From the NCBI GenBank assembly GCA_051382335.1, contig JBBCAX010000437.1:1-22520 (forward strand): 22,520 nucleotides of DNA, in the 5' to 3' direction. This stretch comes from Deltaproteobacteria bacterium TL4. Its GTDB lineage: Bacteria > SAR324 > NAC60-12. Below are positions 15,924 to 22,520 of the stretch, one piece after another. The notes beneath the pieces were generated by a model that saw only the letters and a list, made by a program, of their open reading frames with translations, ran no database searches and was not told where the DNA came from. The translations under genes and the position numbers were made by a program. The stretch's first letter is position 1, and each line of letters starts with the position of its first letter.

Positions 15924-18355
15924 AAGTGATGGAACACCTCAAGAAAGCGATACGAGATGCTGCGATTTATAACCCTGAAGTCCAGGTAGCTCCTGCCTGT
16001 ATTCTCTGGACAGATCATGACCGACAATGGGAACCCGTGATTCCAAGGCTTCAAATGGAGATGCCGGAATTACTGGTCTTGGGAAACTATAATCCTGAAA
16101 AGCGGACAGGTCCCGCAATCTGGTTACGGTGTGTGCTAGAGGGAAAATTTGTCCACGAAACACACGAACAACACGAAAAAAATAAAAAAATTGAACAACC
16201 GCAAATGGACACAGATGGACGCAAATCAAGTGAAACCAATATTCGCATTGATTCGCATTCATTCGAGGTTCCCATTCTTTACTTACCCGGTGTGAGTCGG
16301 CAGGCTTTGAGAGCGGTTGAAAATTGTCCGGAGTTTCTGAAGCCCTTGGCGGAGTTGCAATACCGTGGAGTGATTTGGTCACAGGTCAATGCCAAAGACT
16401 GGACGGTGATGGCTTTTCTGAAATCCGATCAGGGTGGGTTGGGACTGGATGTCTCCCAGGATAATGATACCCGAAATTCCATGTTGTTGGCTTTAACCGC
16501 CTTGTTGGATGAAAAGGTGACTCATCTCAAAGGAAAACATCTGGATCGGGACTATTTCAATGAGTTGTTGACTGGAGGCGATCCTGTGAAGGATTTGCTC
16601 CAATGGATGGATCAGGAAGAGGCTTTTCAGAAAGGACGGAGTTCCAATGAATGGAAAGCTTTTGTGGAGTTATGCAAATCCAAATTTGCCTTTAATCCTG
16701 TCCAGGAGGGGATTTTGACAGGTGTCTCCAGACTGGCGACGCATGAAGGAGCCTGGAAAGCCGTGTGGGAACGGTTTTGTGAAGCACCTGCCCGGTATTC
16801 CAACATTCCCTCTAAAATGCGTAAGGCATCCATGCCTCCACAGGATCTGTTTTCTGATGAAAGCACCCACGGAGGTTGGCCTCAGTGGAATGACATTCAG
16901 GAAAAAAATCTTCGCCAGGACTTACTGGAGTTGAATAAGATGCCACCTCATGAAGCCCGAAAAAAAATATTGGAGCTGGAAAAAAAGCACTCTCGCAGAC
17001 GGACTTTGGTATGGGCAGAACTGGGAGAATCTCCACTGGTTTTGACTTTAGCACATTTGGCTGTATTGGCAGAAACGACGCAATATAGTCTGACTGCCGG
17101 GACTCTTGAAGACCTGGTTTCGAGTTATTCCACTCAGGGCTGGAAATCCGATGATGCGGTACTGAGTGCTTTGGCTGAAATAGAGCCTGCGGACTTTGAA
17201 ATCATTGTAGCGGTATTGCGTGCGGTTTATCTCCCTTGGGCTGAAGAATCTGCAAGGTATCTGCAGAAAATCTGGAACCCTGAAGGGCCATGCAAAAGAT
17301 CCCATCCTCCTGGAACCCCTGAATGTATTTTGTTTGTGGATGGATTACGGTTTGATTGCGCCAAGCGCCTGTCCGCTATCCTTGAAAAAAAGGGGATCAC
17401 GATTCAGGAAAAAATCTGTTGGGCGGCTCTGCCCAGTGTAACAGGGACCGGTAAACCCGCAGTGGTTCCTCTAGGGTTATCCTCCAGCGTTGCGGAAGAA
17501 GCAGAATCTCAGGATTTTCAGGTGATGACCTCGTATCAGTTTGACAAAGCCATGAACGATTCGGGTTGGTTGATCCTCCGTTCCAAAGACCCCATTCCTG
17601 CCCCTGTTCAGTCCACGGGTTCTGGCTATTTAAACAATTCCATTGTTAATAAACTATGGGTTGAGTTTGGTAATATTGACCATGAAGGGCATGATCGTGG
17701 ATGGAAACTGGCTAAACACCTGGAGGGGTTGCTGGAGGAGATCAGTGACCGGATCCAAATGCTCCTGTCTTCAGGTTGGAAAACAGTTCGGGTGGTTACC
17801 GATCATGGTTGGTTACTCTTGCCGGGTGGACTTCCCAAAGGGGAGTTATCCAATGCCTTGGTAGAAAGTAAATGGGGACGTTGTGCATCCTTGAAAAAGG
17901 GCGTCCATAGTGAAGAAAAACTCTATCCCTGGTATTGGAATCCGATCCAGCATTTTGCTTTGGCAGAGGGGATAAGCTGCTTCCGTAAGGGAGAGGAATA
18001 CACTCATGGGGGATTGAGTCTGCAAGAATGTGTAACCCTTGAATTGGTGGTTTCTGAAGAAAAACGGCAGCAATCCATTTCTCTGGAATTTACCGATGTT
18101 GTATGGAAAGGAATGCGTTGCACCGTAGCCCTTACCGAGAATTTTGAGGGATTATCCCTGGATATTCGTAAGCAACCTGGAAATCCGGAGTCCAGTGTGG
18201 TTGTGGGAGTTAAACCCATAAAGGAAAATGGAACCGCCTCGGTGGTGGTTGAAAATGAAGACTTGCAGGGGCAAGAGGTGACTTTGGTTCTCATGGATGC
18301 AAAGGGAAGTTTGGTAGCACAGATTGCCACAGTAGTAGGAGAAAACCGCAAATGA
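15920..18355 (+). CDS. pglZ: BREX phosphatase PglZ (type B)
   Basis: PACILWTD, RTGPAIWLRC, and alkaline-phosphatase-superfamily motifs FVDGLRFD, ALPSVTGTGKPAV, IDHEGH, VVTDHGW, YTHGGLSLQE. ATG 15920 has an ATGA overlap and ggag RBS. Confidence 0.92.
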   Translation: MKVMEHLKKAIRDAAIYNPEVQVAPACILWTDHDRQWEPVIPRLQMEMPELLVLGNYNPEKRTGPAIWLRCVLEGKFVHETHEQHEKNKKIEQPQMDTDGRKSSETNIRIDSHSFEVPILYLPGVSRQALRAVENCPEFLKPLAELQYRGVIWSQVNAKDWTVMAFLKSDQGGLGLDVSQDNDTRNSMLLALTALLDEKVTHLKGKHLDRDYFNELLTGGDPVKDLLQWMDQEEAFQKGRSSNEWKAFVELCKSKFAFNPVQEGILTGVSRLATHEGAWKAVWERFCEAPARYSNIPSKMRKASMPPQDLFSDESTHGGWPQWNDIQEKNLRQDLLELNKMPPHEARKKILELEKKHSRRRTLVWAELGESPLVLTLAHLAVLAETTQYSLTAGTLEDLVSSYSTQGWKSDDAVLSALAEIEPADFEIIVAVLRAVYLPWAEESARYLQKIWNPEGPCKRSHPPGTPECILFVDGLRFDCAKRLSAILEKKGITIQEKICWAALPSVTGTGKPAVVPLGLSSSVAEEAESQDFQVMTSYQFDKAMNDSGWLILRSKDPIPAPVQSTGSGYLNNSIVNKLWVEFGNIDHEGHDRGWKLAKHLEGLLEEISDRIQMLLSSGWKTVRVVTDHGWLLLPGGLPKGELSNALVESKWGRCASLKKGVHSEEKLYPWYWNPIQHFALAEGISCFRKGEEYTHGGLSLQECVTLELVVSEEKRQQSISLEFTDVVWKGMRCTVALTENFEGLSLDIRKQPGNPESSVVVGVKPIKENGTASVVVENEDLQGQEVTLVLMDAKGSLVAQIATVVGENRK
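16151..16270 (+). repeat. In-frame compound insertion in pglZ: A-left (16151-16178) + B-left (16197-16226) + 14-nt loop + B-right (16241-16270)
   Basis: gtccacgaaacacacgaacaacacgaaa; aaccgcaaatggacacagatggacgcaaat; attcgcattgattcgcattcattcgaggtt. Confidence 0.87.
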
Positions 18356-18373
18356 ACGCAAATGGACGCAAAT
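18344..18373 (+). repeat. B-type left arm (3 x 10 bp) of GxxExxY cassette 3
   Basis: aaccgcaaatgaacgcaaatggacgcaaat; 26/30 match to the reverse complement of 18762-18791; contains the pglZ stop and the GxxExxY start (ATGA 18352-18355). Confidence 0.9.
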
Positions 18374-18753
18374 ATGTTGAAAGTGATTTGGTTTATCGTG
18401 TTGCCGGTTGTGCCATGGCGGTGTTGAATGAGTTGGGTCATGGATTAAGAGAGAAAACCTATGAACGTGCATTATGCGTTGAATTCAGACATCAGGGTGT
18501 TTCCTATAAACAACAGCAGGTTTACCCGGTCTACTACCGAGATGAACATGTGGATGACTACATTCCTGACCTGGAGGTTGAAAGTCGGTTGATTATTGAG
18601 ATTAAAACGGTTGAGAAGATTATTGATGAACATATCGGTCAGGTTCTGAATTATTTACGGATCACGGGACATGAGGCAGGTGTCATCATGAACTTTAAAC
18701 ATGCCAAACTTGAATGGAAAAAAGTTGTTTTACAGGAAAGCCGGAATCCATGA
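18352..18753 (+). CDS. GxxExxY protein 3 (divergent clade)
   Basis: 133 aa; GLREKTY motif, IPDLEV..IIEIK, QVLNYLRITG...IMNF. Confidence 0.92.
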   Translation: MNANGRKYVESDLVYRVAGCAMAVLNELGHGLREKTYERALCVEFRHQGVSYKQQQVYPVYYRDEHVDDYIPDLEVESRLIIEIKTVEKIIDEHIGQVLNYLRITGHEAGVIMNFKHAKLEWKKVVLQESRNP

Positions 18754-18761
18754 TTTTTTTA

Positions 18762-18791
18762 ATTTGCGTTTATTTGCGTCTATTTGCGGTT
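18762..18791 (-). repeat. B-type right arm of GxxExxY cassette 3
   Basis: atttgcgtttatttgcgtctatttgcggtt. Confidence 0.9.
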
Positions 18792-18804
18792 AAAAGGAGT
18801 TCTG

Positions 18805-20853
18805 ATGATTGAGTTGGATGATATAGATCGAAAAGCAGCCGCATCCCTGGAAGGCTATCTGGTTCGAAAAGACCTGGTCAGAACGTTCAGTCGTCAGTTT
18901 CCCGTTCCCACATACGTGGTGGAGTTTCTCCTGGGACGTTACTGCGCAAGTATCCACCAGGAAGAGATCAATGAGGGACTGGAGATTGTGCAACGCCAAC
19001 TTCAGGATCGTACTGTAAAGGCGGGAGAAGAGGAACTCTTTAAGTCACGCGCACGGGAAAAAGGCGAGGTCAAAATTATTGATCTGATTACAGCCAGACT
19101 AGATGCCAAGACTGATTCTTATCTGGCGACCCTTCCAAGTCTCCGGATAACGGACGCAAGAATTGAGGCTGATTTGATCAGTCAGCATGAACGAATGCTG
19201 ACGGGAGGGTTTTATGCTGAAATTTCCCTGGATTATGATTCGATCATTGCCCAGGAAAAAAATGGACGGCCTTTTGGCATTAAAGGATTAAGGGAAATTC
19301 AAATCTCCAAACATGATATTTTAGAGGTGCTGGCTCAGGCTCGGAGCCTGTTTTCGACGGAAGAATGGAAAAATTTCCTGCTTCGTTCGGTAGGGATTGA
19401 ACCCTGTGGAAGCACTGAACGACAAAAAAATGCGCTCCTGTTACGAATGGTTCCCTTTGTGGAACGGAATTACAACATGGTGGAACTGGGACCCCGAGGA
19501 ACCGGTAAAAGCCATCTATTTCAACAGGTCTCCCCTTATGCGCATCTGATCTCAGGAGGAAAAGCCACCGTCGCACGGATGTTTGTCAATAATTCAACGG
19601 GTCAAAGAGGGTTGGTTTGCCAATATGATGTGGTTTGCTTTGATGAAATTTCGGGGATTTCCTTTGATCAGAAAGATGGGGTTAACATCATGAAAGGCTA
19701 CATGGAATCAGGGGAATTCAGCCGTGGGAAAGAAAGCATCCGTGCGGACGGGAGTATTGTTCTGGTTGGAAACTTTGATGTGGATGTGGAGCATCAACAG
19801 AGAATTGGGCATCTCTTTGGACCCATGCCTCCGGAAATGAAGGATGATACGGCCTTTATGGATCGTATCCATTGTTTTCTGCCAGGGTGGGATATTCCTA
19901 AAATTCATAAGGACTTACTCACCTCTCACTTTGGCTTGGTGAGCGACTTTCTTTCAGGATGCTGGAGTCAATTACGGAATCAAAGCCGGATCAATCTTCT
20001 GCAAAATCGGGTCTTTTTTGGCGGAGCATTGTCTGGACGCGATACCACGGCTGTGAACAAGACGGTGAGTGGGTTACTGAAACTCTTGTATCCAGGCGCA
20101 CAGCATGAAGTCCCAGAGGCTGACCTTGAATGGGCGGTACGAATTGCCATGGAATCCAGACGACGTGTCAAGGAACAGCAAAAACGGATTGGTGCGGCAG
20201 AATTCCGCAATACCCATTTCAGCTATGTTATGGGAACAGAGGGTGTTGAAAAATTCGTCTCAACTCCTGAATTGCAAAATGAAAACAGTATTGGGAGTGA
20301 TCCCCTGGAGCCAGGACAAGTCTGGAGTATCAGCCCAGGAGGAGGTGAGGAACCTCCAGGGCTCTATCGGATCGAGGTCAACGAAGGTCCAGGTTCTGGT
20401 GTCAAAATTTTGAATAAACCCGTTCCTCCAGCCTTTAGGGAAAGTATGGGGTATGCGGAGCAAAATCTTTATGCCCGGGCGATGCAACTGGTAGGAGATA
20501 AAGATCCACGACACCATGAGTTTACCGCGCAGCTCCGAGCCTTTGATGCCTCCAAAGCTGGAGCCAAGCTGGGGGTAGGATCCTTGATTGCACTGTGTAC
20601 TTCGCTGTTGAAGAAGAGTGTTCGGGGAGGATTGATTATCGTCGGGGAGATCAATCTGGGAGGTTCCATAGAACCGATTCACAATCCGGTCAATCTTGCA
20701 GAAATTGCCGTCGAAAAAGGGGCTAGTGCTTTATTAATGCCGGTTTCGTGTCGTCGTCAACTGTTTGATCTTTCGGATGACATGGCCACAAAAATCGATA
20801 TACAGTTTTATTCAGATGCCAGAGATGCGTTACTGAAGGCTATGGTGGAGTAA
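18805..20853 (+). CDS. brxL: BREX Lon-related protein BrxL
   Basis: VRKDLV, VPTYVVEFLLG, Walker A ELGPRGTGKSH, VCFDEI, KGYMESGEFSRG, AFMDRIH, and a Lon-like C-terminus (GEINLGG). ATG 18805 follows aaggag. Confidence 0.92.
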   Translation: MIELDDIDRKAAASLEGYLVRKDLVRTFSRQFPVPTYVVEFLLGRYCASIHQEEINEGLEIVQRQLQDRTVKAGEEELFKSRAREKGEVKIIDLITARLDAKTDSYLATLPSLRITDARIEADLISQHERMLTGGFYAEISLDYDSIIAQEKNGRPFGIKGLREIQISKHDILEVLAQARSLFSTEEWKNFLLRSVGIEPCGSTERQKNALLLRMVPFVERNYNMVELGPRGTGKSHLFQQVSPYAHLISGGKATVARMFVNNSTGQRGLVCQYDVVCFDEISGISFDQKDGVNIMKGYMESGEFSRGKESIRADGSIVLVGNFDVDVEHQQRIGHLFGPMPPEMKDDTAFMDRIHCFLPGWDIPKIHKDLLTSHFGLVSDFLSGCWSQLRNQSRINLLQNRVFFGGALSGRDTTAVNKTVSGLLKLLYPGAQHEVPEADLEWAVRIAMESRRRVKEQQKRIGAAEFRNTHFSYVMGTEGVEKFVSTPELQNENSIGSDPLEPGQVWSISPGGGEEPPGLYRIEVNEGPGSGVKILNKPVPPAFRESMGYAEQNLYARAMQLVGDKDPRHHEFTAQLRAFDASKAGAKLGVGSLIALCTSLLKKSVRGGLIIVGEINLGGSIEPIHNPVNLAEIAVEKGASALLMPVSCRRQLFDLSDDMATKIDIQFYSDARDALLKAMVE

Positions 20854-20915
20854 ACCCTGTGAGGTTCTAAACTCTGGCAATAAGATTATCCAAATTCCAG
20901 AAAGTCAGAATTATT

Positions 20916-21083
20916 ATGAAGCAAACAGGAGTCAGAATCACCAAAGCGGATATCAATCAATTGAAGCAAAGAGTGAAAGCTGCAGGTGCTGTATACTGTC
21001 CTTATAAACGAGCATGGATGCTGGAAGAGCAGATACTTAAAAAATTGGGACTTTCTCATCGAATTTTAAGGTTTGAATCATGA
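20916..21083 (+). CDS. Small hypothetical protein (55 aa)
   Basis: MKQTGVRITKADINQLKQRVKAAGAVYCPYKRAWMLEEQILKKLGLSHRILRFES; below the ORF-track cutoff; ATGA overlap with the next ORF. Confidence 0.55.
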   Translation: MKQTGVRITKADINQLKQRVKAAGAVYCPYKRAWMLEEQILKKLGLSHRILRFES

Positions 21084-21343
21084 GAAAGTATTACGAACTT
21101 CGGGAGGGAAACAAGCAAAGGTTTTACCAGATGGAGTTGAGGTGTCTCCTATTGAAAAACAATGTAAAGATCCATTTGCTAAAGACAATTCGAGGGAGAA
21201 TTGGGACGCCCGGACGTGTCTTGTATCATGGATATAGAAGCCAGAAAGAAGCTCTTCAAAAAGTTGAAAAATTGCATCGAACCCGAATCAGACATCACTA
21301 CTTGAAGAAATGGCATCCCCAATTGGATTTTTTCTTGCTGTAA
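21080..21343 (+). CDS. WGR-domain-like protein, C-terminus altered by a MITE
   Basis: NKQRFYQMEL...IRGRIGTPG...KEALQKVEKL...RIRHHY fits the WGR pattern with the Trp replaced. The original end is probably at 21533. Confidence 0.6.
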   Translation: MRKYYELREGNKQRFYQMELRCLLLKNNVKIHLLKTIRGRIGTPGRVLYHGYRSQKEALQKVEKLHRTRIRHHYLKKWHPQLDFFLL

Positions 21344-21494
21344 ATTTTTTGGTGACGGCAACCGATTCAAGCCATCACACGGTGTCATTCCGTGCTTGAC
21401 ACGGAATCCATCGGCGCACTCCTGGATCCCCGTTTTCACGGGGATGACATCGTGGCGGACCACAGGATTTCATCACCAAATTATTTACAGCAGG
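21334..21494. mobile_element. MITE (161 bp) with 22-bp imperfect TIRs and 8-bp target duplication
   Basis: Ends cttgctgtaaattttttggtga / tcaccaaattatttacagcagg (19/22 complementary); gatttttt at 21326-21333 and 21495-21502. Confidence 0.8.
21383..21449. repeat. REP/RPE-like double-hairpin palindrome inside the MITE
   Basis: tgtcattccgtg-cttga-cacggaatcca ... tggatccccg-ttttca-cggggatgaca; two hairpins closed by tgtcat/atgaca. Confidence 0.8.
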
Positions 21495-21575
21495 GATTTT
21501 TTTGATGAACTGGATCAACTGCGATTGTTATAGCAGATCACCTTCTTTATATTTATGAACAAGGAGAGCTAAGAG

Positions 21576-22354
21576 CCCACATTGAGCAGGTGACTTTTAG
21601 AAAAAAATAATTTAGATTTCCTTCATGAATTCACTGAAATCTGGAAGGAGTCGTATGGAAATTGAGATAAGTCGTTTGGATCATCATGGAGTAGTGGCGG
21701 GAGTGTCAAAGATTTGGGTTTGATCGAGCCTATTGATCGGTTACTCGGAGTGCATGAGCAATCGGAGATCAGCCATGGGGAAGCCATTGCCGGGATGATA
21801 CTCAATGGGTTGGGTTTTACGGATCGTCCGCTGTCCCTGAGTCCTCAGTTTTTTGAAAACAAGGCTCTGGATATTCTGTTTCGAGAAGGAATAGAAGCCT
21901 CGTATTTCAATCGGTTCAAGCTGGGTCGGAGCCTGGATCAGGTTTATGATTACGGCTGTGAACGTCTTTTTGGAGAATTGTCGGTATCGGTCTGTCGTCA
22001 AGAGAAGGTGGACACTCGTTTTAATTGTGAAGACACCACGAGTTTTTCATTGACGGGGGAGTATCTGGAAGATGAAGACAGTCACGCTATCTTGATCACT
22101 CACGGCTATTCGAAAGATCATCGTCCGGATCTCAAGCAGATGGTTCTGGAAATGATGGTATCCCAGGATGGTGGAGTTCCCCTGTTAATGAAATGTTGGA
22201 GTGGAAACAGCGAGGACACGACGATCTTTCAACAACGAGCCAAAGCATTAATCACAGCGTGGAAAGACATGGAGATCCCCCGATATTTTATCACGGACTG
22301 CAAGGGTTATACGAAAGAGAATGCACCGAATTTGAAACACCTTCTGTTTATCAC
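21576..22354 (+). mobile_element. Truncated second copy of the IS1634-family element
   Basis: Direct repeat of 128-907. Differences seen: a 1-bp deletion after 21705 and A>G at 21778. No right IR. Confidence 0.93.
21655..22354 (+). pseudogene. IS1634 transposase pseudogene
   Basis: Frameshift (gagtgtcaaa vs gagtgatcaaa) after about 17 codons; homology ends at 22354, before the third catalytic residue. Confidence 0.9.
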
Positions 22355-22520
22355 CCAATCCGCTTTTGCCGCCTCTTTTTGCCAGGAACCCGAGATCATT
22401 AAATCACCAATAACAGGAAACGCTCCAAGGGCTTCCACGAGGGTCGCGCTTTTTCCGGAACGTACCAAAGCCAATACTTCATGTCCTTCTTCAACCAGAC
22501 TACGAAGCACTTCTTTACCA
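22350..22520 (-). pseudogene. Truncated NAD(P)-binding Rossmann protein (epimerase/dehydratase / extended SDR-like), N-terminal part
   Basis: Minus strand reads GKEVLRSLVEEGHEVLALVRS...VIGDL...AAKADWVI and then runs into IS sequence; the start lies beyond the window. Confidence 0.75.

Noticed and set aside
6592..16270. Insertions as inteins, introns or DGR repeats
   Set aside because: They are too short, with no Cys/Ser...His-Asn splice motifs, no reverse transcriptase and no adenine-specific variation.
3204..18791. Repeats as a CRISPR array or integron attC sites
   Set aside because: There is no regular repeat-spacer period and no cas or integrase gene; the arms lack the RYYYAAC/GTTRRRY single-site attC layout and flank genes as inverted pairs.
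20500..20853. BrxL lacking the Lon catalytic GPSAG serine motif
   Set aside because: A non-catalytic Lon-like domain is expected for BrxL, so it is not unusual.
294..22402. Many short minus-strand and alternative-frame ORFs in the track
   Set aside because: They overlap well-supported long genes and have no recognisable motifs; treated as shadow ORFs.

Overview
This window is a ~19 kb BREX (type 1-like, PglZ type B) phage-defence operon on the + strand: brxA-like, brxB, brxC, pglX, pglZ and brxL. Accessory genes are interleaved: two ABC/AAA ATPases, a PIN protein, a Schlafen/AlbA_2-HATPase-HTH protein and three GxxExxY proteins. The island is bracketed by two direct copies of an IS1634-family element; the right copy is frameshifted and truncated, and both flanking host genes are broken. 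The most striking signal is a repeat system. Each GxxExxY gene (predicted PD-(D/E)XK nuclease fold) sits exactly between ~29-30 bp inverted arms built of three tandem 9- or 10-bp units, and the arm family tracks the GxxExxY clade. The same arms occur repeatedly inside brxC, pglX and pglZ as frame-preserving insertions: empty hairpins, solo arms and hybrid left-A/right-B scars. A third GC-rich palindrome family occurs in pglX. This resembles a RAYT/REPIN-like system driven by GxxExxY proteins that colonises defence genes, but that mechanism is inference. A 161-bp MITE with an 8-bp target duplication interrupts a WGR-like gene near the right end. All calls come from motif recognition by eye; no database searches were run.
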